Below the pieces are notes generated by a model, which had not been told where the DNA came from, did not search any database, and saw nothing but the letters and a program-made list of their open reading frames with translations. Shown here piece after piece: positions 48,439-57,642 of a DNA stretch of 64,000 bases (positions within the stretch are counted from its first letter, which is position 1; every line of letters starts with the position of its first letter). This DNA is from Actinomycetes bacterium (GTDB lineage: Bacteria > Actinomycetota > Actinomycetes > JACCUZ01), in NCBI GenBank assembly GCA_036269735.1, contig DATBDW010000228.1, positions 759-64,758 of the forward strand, given 5' to 3'. The position numbers and the translations under genes were made by a program.

Positions 48439-49551
48439 GTGCTGACCGAGAGGCTGGGCTGCGTCGAGTCCGTGGCGGCCTCGGCCTACACGGTGCCGAC
48501 CGACCGGCCGGAGGCGGACGGAACCCTCACCTGGGACTCGACCACCCTGGTCCTGGTCCAGGTGCACTGCGACGGGCAGGTCGGCACGGGCTGGACCTAC
48601 GGGTCGCCCGCCTGTGTCGAGGTGGTCATCGGCCTGCTCAGCCCCTTGCTCGTCGGCCGCGGTCCCCTCGACACCGGTGCGGCCTGGACCGCCATGGTGC
48701 AAGCGCTGCGCAACGTCGGGCGGCCGGGGATCGGCGGCATGGCCCTGTCGGCGGTCGACTGCGCACTGTGGGACCTCAAGGCGCGACTGCTCGGCGTACC
48801 CCTGCACCGGCTGCTCGGCGCCGTTCACGAGTCGGTCCCTCTCTACGGCTCGGGCGGCTTCACGACGTACGACGACGACGAGCTCGTCGCGGCGCTGACG
48901 GGCTGGACCGCACAAGGGCTGTCGCGAGTGAAGATCAAGGTCGGCGAGTCGTGGGGCGGACGCCCGGGTCGCGACCTCGCACGGGCAGCACTCAGCCGTG
49001 ACGTCGTCGGTGCGGAGGTCGAGCTGTTCGTCGACGCCAACGGCGGCTACGACGTCGGCCAGGCGGTGCGGATGGCAGGCGCGTTCGACGAGCTCGACGT
49101 CCGGTGGTTCGAGGAGCCGGTGTCCTCCGACGACCTCGCCGGGCTGGCGACCGTCCAGGCCCGGGCCGGCGCCGACGTCACGGCCGGCGAGTACGGGTTC
49201 GACCTCGCCTACCTGGCCCGGATGGCCAGGTCGGGGGCGGTCGACTGCCTGCAGGTCGACGTGACCCGCTGCGGCGGGATCACCGAGCTCCTCCGCGTCG
49301 CGGCCGCGGCCGCCGGATGCGGGCTGGACGTGTCCGGGCACTGTGCCCCGCACCAGCACGTCGCGGCCCTCGCGGCGGTGCCCAACCTCCGCCATCTCGA
49401 GTGGTTCCACGACCACGTCCGGATCGAGACCCTGCTCTTCGACGGGGCGCTCGCTCCGGAGCGGGGCGCCCTGGTCCCCAACGACGACCGACCCGGCCAC
49501 GGCCTGGCGTGGCGCCCCGAGGCGGCCGAGGAGTTCCGGGTCTCTCCGTGA
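48439..49551 (+). CDS. enolase-superfamily enzyme (mandelate racemase / muconate lactonizing enzyme family)
   Basis: Capping domain plus a TIM barrel with KIKVG, the metal ligands D (FVDANGGY) and E (WFEEP), and a catalytic H/D region. Confidence 0.8.
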   Translation: MLTERLGCVESVAASAYTVPTDRPEADGTLTWDSTTLVLVQVHCDGQVGTGWTYGSPACVEVVIGLLSPLLVGRGPLDTGAAWTAMVQALRNVGRPGIGGMALSAVDCALWDLKARLLGVPLHRLLGAVHESVPLYGSGGFTTYDDDELVAALTGWTAQGLSRVKIKVGESWGGRPGRDLARAALSRDVVGAEVELFVDANGGYDVGQAVRMAGAFDELDVRWFEEPVSSDDLAGLATVQARAGADVTAGEYGFDLAYLARMARSGAVDCLQVDVTRCGGITELLRVAAAAAGCGLDVSGHCAPHQHVAALAAVPNLRHLEWFHDHVRIETLLFDGALAPERGALVPNDDRPGHGLAWRPEAAEEFRVSP

Positions 49552-49593
49552 CGGCGGTGCGTAGGTCGCGGAGGGCCGGGCAGACGTACGCAC

Positions 49594-50115
49594 ATGAGGT
49601 ACCTGGAGATCCGACGGCACACCGACAACGACGGTGACACCCTGACGGCCGACGGGATCATGACCGCCGAGGCCGTGGGCCGGACCGGCCTGCACCCGCC
49701 GTACGCCGTGTTCGCCTCGACGGGGGCGGCCCGCGCCAACCAGACCGTGGAGATCCTGCGCCACGCGGCCGGGCAGGACGACGAACCGGTGCTCGCTCTG
49801 CCCGCGCTGCGGTCCTCGGTGGAGGACCGGTGGAAGGCGGCGAGCAAAGCGGCCGGCCGAGGTGCGGACCTCGAGGCCATCCGAGAGGTCGACCCCGACC
49901 TGGTGGACTCGGAGACCCGCCTGCTGGGCCAGGCGCTGGGTCAGGTGCTCGACGCGTTGCCCGAGGAGGGTCGGGCCCTGGTCGTCGGCCACTCCCCCAC
50001 GAACGAGGCCGCGGTGCTCGGCCTCACGGGCCGGCTCGTGGCGCCACTGGACACCGGTGACGGCGTGCTCATCACCCAGACCCGCGACGGGTTCGAGGTC
50101 GGCCGGCTCGACTGA
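49594..50115 (+). CDS. histidine phosphatase superfamily protein (SixA/PGM-like)
   Basis: An N-terminal RH motif (LEIRRHTDNDGD) and ...VVGHSPTNEAAV. 173 aa. Confidence 0.6.
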   Translation: MRYLEIRRHTDNDGDTLTADGIMTAEAVGRTGLHPPYAVFASTGAARANQTVEILRHAAGQDDEPVLALPALRSSVEDRWKAASKAAGRGADLEAIREVDPDLVDSETRLLGQALGQVLDALPEEGRALVVGHSPTNEAAVLGLTGRLVAPLDTGDGVLITQTRDGFEVGRLD

Positions 50116-50160
50116 CCGGCCGGAGGCATCAGACCACGCCGGACGGGACAGACTGTTGGC

Positions 50161-51009
50161 ATGACTGCCGTCCCCACCATCACCCTCAATGACAACACCC
50201 GGATCCCGCAGCTCGGGTTCGGCGTGTTCCAGATCCCGCCGGCGGAGACCCACGAGGCGGTGACCCGGGCCCTCGAGATCGGCTACCGGCACATCGACAC
50301 CGCGGAGATGTACCAGAACGAGGAGCAGGTCGGCACCGCCGTCGCGGCCTCCGGTCTCGACCGGGACGAGGTGTTCCTCACCAGCAAGCTCAACAACGGC
50401 TTCCACCGGCCCGACGACGCCCGCCGCGCGTTCGACCGGACGCTGGCGGCGCTGGGCACCGACCATGTGGACCTGTTCCTGATCCACTGGCCGCTACCGA
50501 CGCTGTACGACGGCGACTTCGTGTCGACCTGGCAGACGATGCTCGAGTTCCACCGGGACGGACGGGCTCGCTCGGTCGGTGTCTCGAACTTCCAGACCGC
50601 CCACCTCGACCGGCTGGCCGCCGAGACCGACCACGTGCCCTCGGTGAACCAGATCGAGGTGCACCCCTACCTGGCCAACGACACGGTGCGCGAGCACGCC
50701 CGCGCGATGGGCATCGTCATCGAGGCCTGGTCGCCGATCGCCCAGGGCGCGGTGCTCGACGACCCGGAGATCGGCAAGATCGCGGGCGCCCACGGGCGTA
50801 CGCCGGCCCAGGTGGTCCTGCGCTGGCACCTGCAGCGCGGCGACGTGGTGTTCCCGAAGTCCGTGAACCCGGACCGGATGCGGGAGAACTTCGACCTGTT
50901 CTCCTTCGAGCTCGCCGACGACGAGACAGCAGCCATCACTGGCCTCGACCGCGGCGAGCGTGGGCGCACCGGCCCCAACCCGGACGTGTTCGCCTACGTC
51001 CCGGACTGA
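50161..51009 (+). CDS. aldo/keto reductase (DkgA/2,5-diketo-D-gluconate reductase-like)
   Basis: LNDNTRIPQLGFGVFQ, HIDTAEMYQNEEQVG, SNF and IEAWSPI are canonical AKR motifs. Confidence 0.85.
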   Translation: MTAVPTITLNDNTRIPQLGFGVFQIPPAETHEAVTRALEIGYRHIDTAEMYQNEEQVGTAVAASGLDRDEVFLTSKLNNGFHRPDDARRAFDRTLAALGTDHVDLFLIHWPLPTLYDGDFVSTWQTMLEFHRDGRARSVGVSNFQTAHLDRLAAETDHVPSVNQIEVHPYLANDTVREHARAMGIVIEAWSPIAQGAVLDDPEIGKIAGAHGRTPAQVVLRWHLQRGDVVFPKSVNPDRMRENFDLFSFELADDETAAITGLDRGERGRTGPNPDVFAYVPD

Positions 51010-51034
51010 GGCTCGCGCATCCGGGCCCGACTCA

Positions 51035-54000
51035 TCACTGGATCCGCACGGCCTCCAGAGTGACCGGCTGCCCGGCCGGCGTGGGGTCGAGCTCGGTGGC
51101 CTGAGAGACCCCGGACGGGGTGAGCACGTCCATCGCCTTGGGCACAGTGCTCGGGTCCACAGCGCAGATCGGGTCGGTGCCCGCGTCGTGCAACGCCTGG
51201 GTGCACACGCCGAACTGGAAGTCCTCCGGGGTCGCCTGGAAGCCTCGGGCCTGGTCCGGACTGAATCCGTCCTGTCCGGTCAGGACCACGGTGAAGCCCC
51301 AGCCGGCCCCCGGCGTACCGCCGAGAGCGTTCTTGGTCACCGTGAAGGTGATGTAGCGCGTCACGAAGTTGCCTCTGATGTTGACAGTCCCCACGGTCGT
51401 GTTCCCGGCGTCGATGAACCGTTGGCCGAAACCCTGGACCTCGATCAGGCGGTTCCACGCCGAGTCCGCAGCGATCGTGTAGTTGCGGGCCGGGAAGGAC
51501 GCCTTCGTGCTCGTCGCGCCACCGGCGGGGTTGTCGACATACACGTCGACGAGCTGCGCGCCCAACGGACTGCCGAAGGTGTTGGTCAGGTCCTTGGTGC
51601 GGACCCGGAACGTCACCGAGTCGGGGCCGCTGTCGTAGACCTGGAACTGCTCGAGGTCGTAAGCGCCGGGCTTGAAATTGTCCGAGAGGGGATAGGCGTA
51701 GGTGCCCGGGCCGTTGTCGTCGCCGTCGGGGTCGTCGGTCGTGAAGAGGAGGGTGCCCGGCACGGTGTCGAACACCACGGTCCGCTGATCGAAGCCGGTG
51801 CTGCCGTCCGGGGCGGTCGCCACGGCGGTCAGGACGGCGGTGCCGGGCGGCACCGGGACGTCGACGGAGAACGAGCCGTCCTGGCCGGCAACGGTGCTGG
51901 CCGTTCTTGCATTGCCGTCGATGTCGATGTTGACCGCGTCGACGTCGACGGTGGCACCAGCCGTGGTCGTCCCGGTGACCGTGACGGTTCCGCCCACGGT
52001 GGAGTTGTTGTCCGGCGCCGTCAGGGTCAGGGGGATCTCGCCCTGGCGCCGGTCGAGGTAGCGCGACACCGTGTCGGTCGGACGCTCGGTGACGGCGCCC
52101 GCCGAGAGGTCGCGCGCCAGACGGGTGAACTGGGCGGCGGACCAGGTCAGCGGCGAGGCGCTCCCGGCCGCCTTCCCGTCCTGGAAGCCGATCGACGCGC
52201 ACTCGGGCGCCGTGCCGTACGGCGAGGGCGCCTGATCCGGGTTCTCCCACGCCTGCTCCGGGACCAGCCCGATGCCGGAGGCGGTGGCCGCCATCTCACC
52301 CCACAGGGCGACTGCGTCCGAGGTGTCGCCGGTCGCGATGGCGTGCTCGGCCCGCTCGCCGGAGAGAGCCGGCCAGAGGTGGCCCGAGCCGATGTTCTGG
52401 CCCTGGTCGCCGCACGTGCCTGCCCACGGCTTCCCCTGCACGGCGCACGTCGTGGAGTCGCCGATGTTGCAGTCGCCGTACCCGTCCTCGGTGCCGTCGG
52501 CCGACGTGCCGTAGCGGTAGAAGCCGGTGCCGCTCGGCGTGGTGGCCTTGATCACCTTGTCGACGACCTGCACCGAGTTCGCGATGTCTGCGTCGTCCGC
52601 TGCGAGAACGCCGAGGCGTGGCAGCTCGAGGAAACCGGCGTCGACGACCGCCCGCTGGTCGGCGGTCGGACCACCGTTGCCGAGGTTGTAGGTCGTGTTC
52701 GCGTTGGGGTCGCCGTTCCTCGACAGCCGGATGAAGTACGGCTGGTCGCTGTACGGGCCGGTGGTCGTGACGTCCCACGCCTTGATGCTGCGCTGGTAAT
52801 GGTCCGCGGTCCCCCGGTAGACCCTCGCTCGCACCGTATCGCCGTTGAGCTCGGCGATCGCGCCGGCGGCGGTGAGCCCGGCGATCTCGGCGGCGATGGT
52901 CGAGGGCGAGTAACCGCTCTGCTCCTCCCACCGCTCGTTGCCGAACGACGGCCCGTGGGCGACCAGGTAGTCCGCGGCCCGCTTGAGGTGGTCCTGGTAG
53001 AAGGCGGCGCCGGTCATGCCGACCGTGCGCGCCATCAGGATCGGGTAGGCCACCTCGTCGAGCTGGGTGCCGAACGAGTCGGGCGCCGTCTTGCCGTTCA
53101 CCAGCGAGTTGCGCGGCATCGAGCCGTCCGCCAGCTGCTGGCGCTCGAAGAGGAACCGCACCGTGTCCTTCGCGGTGGCCAGGTCACCGGTCGCGACAAG
53201 GCCGGTGAACGTCTCGTAGAGGTCGCGGGCGAACACCTCGCGATAGGACCCGAAGTAGGTCTGCGCCGGGTCACCGGCGCTCACCGCCTGTCCCCACGGG
53301 CTGGCCAGTGACGCGACGATCGCACCGGGGAACGTCTTGTCCTCACTGGCCTTGAGCACGTTCGCGGACAGGTAGTAGGTCGCAGCGAGCCGCTCGCGCT
53401 GCGCCCGGGACGTGCCGGCCGGTGCCGGCGGAGCGTTGAGTCCCTTGTCGTAGGCCGACCAACCCTTCTGGTACGCCGACAGCGTGGCCGAGAAGGCCGC
53501 CTTCGCGCTGTGGCCGGCCGTCGCAACGGCGCCGGACTGGCTGGCGCCGAAGCCGAGGGCCAGCGTGACGGACTTGCCGTGCGCCGTGTCGAGCAGCGCG
53601 GTCTGCACGACGTTGCCGGCCGGCGCGTCCTCGTCGGTGGTGATGAGCCGTCGCTGAGCGTCCAGCTGGGTCAGTCCGTCGCTCGACGTCCCGACGTACC
53701 CGCTGCTCGCCGCGAGGAACGGGCGGTCCGCACGCAGGGCCGCGAACACGGGCTCGGCGTAGTCGCGGTTGGCGGCCGTCGTCGCCGTGTTCGTGTCGCT
53801 GGACACCGGGACCGGGCCGCCGGTGGAGTGGTCGATCACTGCGTCGTCGTGGCCGGCGTCGTCCGCGCCGCCGCCACCGTTGCCGTTCACGGTCGCGTCG
53901 AGCCGGGCGTAGAGCTGCAGCGCCCCGCCGCCGGAGAGGTTGTCGAGGCGGCTGTTCATGACGACGCTGGCGCGCGCCGGGTCGGTGACGTAGTCGGTGA

Positions 54001-54418
54001 CGATCCGGTACCGGCCGCTCTTCGCCGTGCTGGTGACCCGGCAGGCCATGCCGGACGCGTCCAGGGCGCTGACCGTGTAGGTCATGTCGCGGGTCTGCAG
54101 GTCGGTGAACGTCTGGCCGTCGGTCACGACGTACTGCAAGGTCTCGACGTTGGTCGTGTCGATCGTCGGGTAGTAGGTGTCGGACAGCACGCCGTCGGCA
54201 ACGGTGAACCACACCTTCGATGTCGTGTTCCGGGCCGTCCCGAGGCAGTCCTTGCGGGCCAGGTCGAAGTGCGACAGCGCGCCGGGGGCGCCGGCGGCGG
54301 TCCCGGCTGCGGCGACCGCCGCCGAGGGCACGAGCAGCCCACCGGCGACCAGTCCACCGGCAGCGATCGCGACCACGGCACGAGCCGGCAGGTGGGCGAG
54401 GGACTGGACCGACCTCAT
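51035..54418 (-). CDS. secreted glycoside hydrolase family 15 glucodextranase/glucoamylase-like enzyme with C-terminal beta-sandwich domains
   Basis: 1127 aa. Signal peptide, glucoamylase N-domain, (alpha/alpha)6 catalytic domain (ASPWGQ..., ...RDLYE..., ...WEEQSGYS...), then Ig-like / glucodextranase-type C-terminal domains. Confidence 0.75.
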   Translation of the reverse strand: MRSVQSLAHLPARAVVAIAAGGLVAGGLLVPSAAVAAAGTAAGAPGALSHFDLARKDCLGTARNTTSKVWFTVADGVLSDTYYPTIDTTNVETLQYVVTDGQTFTDLQTRDMTYTVSALDASGMACRVTSTAKSGRYRIVTDYVTDPARASVVMNSRLDNLSGGGALQLYARLDATVNGNGGGGADDAGHDDAVIDHSTGGPVPVSSDTNTATTAANRDYAEPVFAALRADRPFLAASSGYVGTSSDGLTQLDAQRRLITTDEDAPAGNVVQTALLDTAHGKSVTLALGFGASQSGAVATAGHSAKAAFSATLSAYQKGWSAYDKGLNAPPAPAGTSRAQRERLAATYYLSANVLKASEDKTFPGAIVASLASPWGQAVSAGDPAQTYFGSYREVFARDLYETFTGLVATGDLATAKDTVRFLFERQQLADGSMPRNSLVNGKTAPDSFGTQLDEVAYPILMARTVGMTGAAFYQDHLKRAADYLVAHGPSFGNERWEEQSGYSPSTIAAEIAGLTAAGAIAELNGDTVRARVYRGTADHYQRSIKAWDVTTTGPYSDQPYFIRLSRNGDPNANTTYNLGNGGPTADQRAVVDAGFLELPRLGVLAADDADIANSVQVVDKVIKATTPSGTGFYRYGTSADGTEDGYGDCNIGDSTTCAVQGKPWAGTCGDQGQNIGSGHLWPALSGERAEHAIATGDTSDAVALWGEMAATASGIGLVPEQAWENPDQAPSPYGTAPECASIGFQDGKAAGSASPLTWSAAQFTRLARDLSAGAVTERPTDTVSRYLDRRQGEIPLTLTAPDNNSTVGGTVTVTGTTTAGATVDVDAVNIDIDGNARTASTVAGQDGSFSVDVPVPPGTAVLTAVATAPDGSTGFDQRTVVFDTVPGTLLFTTDDPDGDDNGPGTYAYPLSDNFKPGAYDLEQFQVYDSGPDSVTFRVRTKDLTNTFGSPLGAQLVDVYVDNPAGGATSTKASFPARNYTIAADSAWNRLIEVQGFGQRFIDAGNTTVGTVNIRGNFVTRYITFTVTKNALGGTPGAGWGFTVVLTGQDGFSPDQARGFQATPEDFQFGVCTQALHDAGTDPICAVDPSTVPKAMDVLTPSGVSQATELDPTPAGQPVTLEAVRIQ

Positions 54419-54580
54419 GCGGGCTCCCGTCGTCCGGGCCGCACGTCCTCGGCAGCGGGTGCGGCGGCTCCATCCATGTCGCTACGTCGTGACATGTCAA
54501 GAGATGTCTCGCAGGGGGCGTCCAACCCGCGTTTGACGGGGCGCGTGTTTGACCAGGCAGGCTCAGGGGAGCCACTCGTC

Positions 54581-55453
54581 ATGCCTTCGCCGCGCCCGAA
54601 CCGCATCGCACACGGCCTCGACGCCGTCGAGGGTTGGCAGGCCCTGGACCGGATCGCCTCCCCGCTGCGCGCCGCGGCGGCGCCGCTCACGGCCGGCCGC
54701 CGCCTGCGAAACCTGCTCTCCGGCGTGCTGCTCGGGCACCCGGTGCACCCGGCTCTCGCCCAGCTCACGGTCGGCTGCTTCCTTGGTGCGGGACTGCTCG
54801 ACCTCCGCGGGCGGCGCGGCGACCGCGGCGCGTCCACCGCCCTGATCACGACGGGGATCACCACGGCTGTGCCGACTGCGCTGACGGGTCTCACCGACTG
54901 GTCCCACGGGCACGAGCAGCAGCAACGCACCGGGTTGGTCCACGCGGCCGGCAACAGCACTGCTCTCGTCCTGTACGCCGCGACCCTGCTGCGCCGTCGC
55001 CGCGGCGGGTCGGGCCGCCTGCTCTCGGTCGCCGCGCTCACCGTCTCCAGCGCCGCGGCGTACCTGGGAGGCCATCTCGCCTTCCGGCAGGCGCTGGGAC
55101 CCAACCACGCCGAGCACGTGCCGCATCGGGTCCCGCCGGGCTGGTCCTCGCTCGGCCCTGTCGACGATCTCCCGGAGCGGACCCTGGTTCCGCGGACTCT
55201 CGGCGACCAGCCCCTCGTCGCCTACCGGGACGGCACCGGGGTCACGGTGCTGTCGGACGTGTGCCCGCATCTCTCCGGCCCCTTGCACGAGGGCGAGGTC
55301 CGCGACGGCTGCGTGACGTGCTCGTGGCACGGCTCATCGTTCCGGCTTGCTGACGGCGAGCCCGTCGTCGGTCCAGCGACCGCACCGGTCCCCACCTTCG
55401 AGGTCCGTGTCGAAGGCGGTCACGTGCAGGTGCTGCTGCCCGGCGCCGGCTGA
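54581..55453 (+). CDS. Rieske [2Fe-2S] protein with N-terminal DUF2231-like membrane domain
   Basis: The internal ATG (MPSPRPNRIAHG) is followed by 3-4 TM helices and then the Rieske motifs CPHLSGPLHEG ... CSWHGSSF. Confidence 0.7.
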   Translation: MPSPRPNRIAHGLDAVEGWQALDRIASPLRAAAAPLTAGRRLRNLLSGVLLGHPVHPALAQLTVGCFLGAGLLDLRGRRGDRGASTALITTGITTAVPTALTGLTDWSHGHEQQQRTGLVHAAGNSTALVLYAATLLRRRRGGSGRLLSVAALTVSSAAAYLGGHLAFRQALGPNHAEHVPHRVPPGWSSLGPVDDLPERTLVPRTLGDQPLVAYRDGTGVTVLSDVCPHLSGPLHEGEVRDGCVTCSWHGSSFRLADGEPVVGPATAPVPTFEVRVEGGHVQVLLPGAG

Positions 55454-55498
55454 CCCCGGCCGCACGGCACTTGTCCTACCAGAGCGAGGAGATCAGCC

Positions 55499-55996
55499 AT
55501 GTCGAGTGACGCCATCGTGTTCCTCAAGGAGGAGCACAAGCAGATACGACGCGTGTTCCGGGAGTTCGAGAAGAACAAGGAGGACGCGGCGCGGCGCGGC
55601 GAGATCGTGCGCCGGATGATCGAGCTGCTGACCATCCACACGTACCTCGAGAACGAGATCATGTATCCCGAGGTGCGCCGCCTGCTGCCAGATGTCGAGG
55701 ACGACGTCCTCGAGTCCTACGAGGAGCACCACGTGGCCGATGTCCTCTGCCTCGAGCTGTGGTCGATGGACCCTGCCGACGAGCACTACCCGGCGAAGGC
55801 GACCGTGCTGGTCGAGAACGTGGAGCACCACATGGGCGAGGAGGAGCAGGAGTGGTTCCCCAAGGTCCGTGACGGCGTGGGCCGCAAGGAGCTGCGGGAC
55901 ATGGGTCAGCGCATGATCGACGAGAGGCGGGACGCCCCGCGCCACCCAACCGAACCCTCGGCGCTGAAGGAGGCCGTCGACGCCGTCCGCGCCTGA
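55499..55996 (+). CDS. hemerythrin-domain protein
   Basis: SD gagga upstream. ...HTYLENEIMYPEV...YEEHHVADV...VEHHMGEEEQEWF shows the hemerythrin H/E iron-ligand pattern. Confidence 0.75.
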   Translation: MSSDAIVFLKEEHKQIRRVFREFEKNKEDAARRGEIVRRMIELLTIHTYLENEIMYPEVRRLLPDVEDDVLESYEEHHVADVLCLELWSMDPADEHYPAKATVLVENVEHHMGEEEQEWFPKVRDGVGRKELRDMGQRMIDERRDAPRHPTEPSALKEAVDAVRA

Positions 55997-56047
55997 GCCA
56001 CCGGGACATCAGGATTCACCGGCCCAGCACGGGGAACACGGCGAGAC

Positions 56048-56998
56048 ATGCGGATCGGTTACTTCCTCAGCTGCGAGGAGTTCGGCCCGGCCGACCTGGT
56101 CGAGCAGGCCAAGCTCGCCGAGGCGGCCGGCTTCGAGGCCCTCTGGATCAGCGACCACTACCACCCATGGAACGACAACCAGGGCCAGAGCCCGTTCGTG
56201 TGGGGCGTGATCGGCGCGATCTCGCAGGTCTGCCGGCTGCCGGTCGGTACGGCGGTGACTGCCCCGACGGTCCGGCTGCACCCGGCCGTCGTCGCGCAGG
56301 CGGCCGCCACGGCCGCCGTCCAGCTCGGGGGCCGGTTCACCCTCGGCGTCGGGACCGGGGAGGCCCTCAACGAGCACATCCTCGGTGATGCGTGGCCCTC
56401 CGAGCCGGTGCGCCTGCAGATGCTCGAGGAAGCCGTCGAGGTGATGCGCGCCCTGTGGTCCGGCGACTTCACCTACCACCGCGGAACGCACTACACCGTG
56501 GAGAACGCGCGGATCTACACCCGGCTCGACACGCCTCCGCCGGTTTTCGTCTCGGCGTTCGGCGACAGGTCCTTCGACCTCGCGCTGCGCATCGGAGACG
56601 GCTTCATCACCACGAGTCCCGAGGCGGAGCAGGTGTCGGCCTGGCACCAGAAGGCCGGCGACAAGCCGGCCCAGGCGGGATACAAGGTCTGCGTCGCGGA
56701 CACCGAGGACGAAGGAGTCCGGATCGCCCACCGCCTCTGGGCGAATGCCGGCGTCCCCGGCGAGCTCGCCCAGGTGCTGCCCTCGCCGAAGCACTTCGAG
56801 CAGGCCAGCGAGCTGGTCACCGAGCAGATGACGCGGGAGTCCACCACCTGCGGTCGCGACGTCGAGGCACACGCCGCGGCATTCCAGCCGTACGCCGAGG
56901 CCGGCTTCGACGACGTCTTCATCGCGAACATGGGCCCGCACTACCGCGACTTCTTCGACCTGTACCGCGACGAGGTTCTGCCCCGCCTGCGACGTTGA
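56048..56998 (+). CDS. LLM-class F420-dependent oxidoreductase (G6PDH-family TIM barrel)
   Basis: ...FEALWISDHYHPWNDNQGQSPFVW ... FTLGVGTGEALNEHILG... typical of the F420-dependent LLM/G6PD family. Confidence 0.8.
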   Translation: MRIGYFLSCEEFGPADLVEQAKLAEAAGFEALWISDHYHPWNDNQGQSPFVWGVIGAISQVCRLPVGTAVTAPTVRLHPAVVAQAAATAAVQLGGRFTLGVGTGEALNEHILGDAWPSEPVRLQMLEEAVEVMRALWSGDFTYHRGTHYTVENARIYTRLDTPPPVFVSAFGDRSFDLALRIGDGFITTSPEAEQVSAWHQKAGDKPAQAGYKVCVADTEDEGVRIAHRLWANAGVPGELAQVLPSPKHFEQASELVTEQMTRESTTCGRDVEAHAAAFQPYAEAGFDDVFIANMGPHYRDFFDLYRDEVLPRLRR

Positions 56999-57022
56999 GC
57001 CGAACGAGAGAGGAGCCAACCG

Positions 57023-57292
57023 ATGGCGACCCAGAAGCAGCGTGCCGCCGCGAAGAAGAACATCTCCAAGGCGGCGGGCGGGGCCAAGGCCAAGAAGTCC
57101 ATCGCCCACATGCCGGCGAAGACCCGGACGGCGCTCGGCAAGCAGGGAGCGGCGGTCGCCGCCCGCAAGCGGACCGGTGGGTCGACCCCACGGACCCGTG
57201 CGGAGCTCTACGAAGAGGCCAAGCGCCGCGACATCCCGGGCCGCTCCTCGATGGGCCGGGCCGAGCTGGCCCGGGCACTCGGGCGTCGGTGA
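57023..57292 (+). CDS. small basic protein with Rho-termination-factor-N-terminal-like (Rho_N) domain
   Basis: SD agaggag upstream. A Lys/Ala-rich N-half, then TRAELYEEAKRRDIPGRSSMGRAELARAL, the Rho_N helix-hairpin motif. Confidence 0.55.
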   Translation: MATQKQRAAAKKNISKAAGGAKAKKSIAHMPAKTRTALGKQGAAVAARKRTGGSTPRTRAELYEEAKRRDIPGRSSMGRAELARALGRR

Positions 57293-57302
57293 GGAGGTCA
57301 CG

Positions 57303-57554
57303 ATGACTCACGGGACCCGGAACGAGGGTCCACACGCCGACCGCGGCCATGCCGCGGGTGGGCACCTCCCCCTCTCCGAGCACATCCCGCAGCGTCGGCA
57401 GTCGATCGCGCCGCCCCGGATGATGGTCATCATGCTGATGACCGTGCTCGCGCTCATCGCCGTGATCGGGGTCGCGGTCGGCCTGTCCGTCGCTCACGGC
57501 GGAAAGGCGTGCAACTCCTCGGGTCACACGGCGACCGAGACTCGCTGCCGCTGA
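57303..57554 (+). CDS. hypothetical small membrane protein (83 aa, 1 TM)
   Basis: SD gaggagg 5 nt upstream of ATG 57303. One TM helix (MMVIMLMTVLALIAVIGVAVGL). Confidence 0.4.
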   Translation: MTHGTRNEGPHADRGHAAGGHLPLSEHIPQRRQSIAPPRMMVIMLMTVLALIAVIGVAVGLSVAHGGKACNSSGHTATETRCR

Positions 57555-57642
57555 CCTGACGCTCACCCGATCCGGCCCGGGTGGCAGGGTTGTCCGCACC
57601 GGTGCGGGGGAACCGGTGCGTGGGCGGCGCGAAGGAGCGGTC

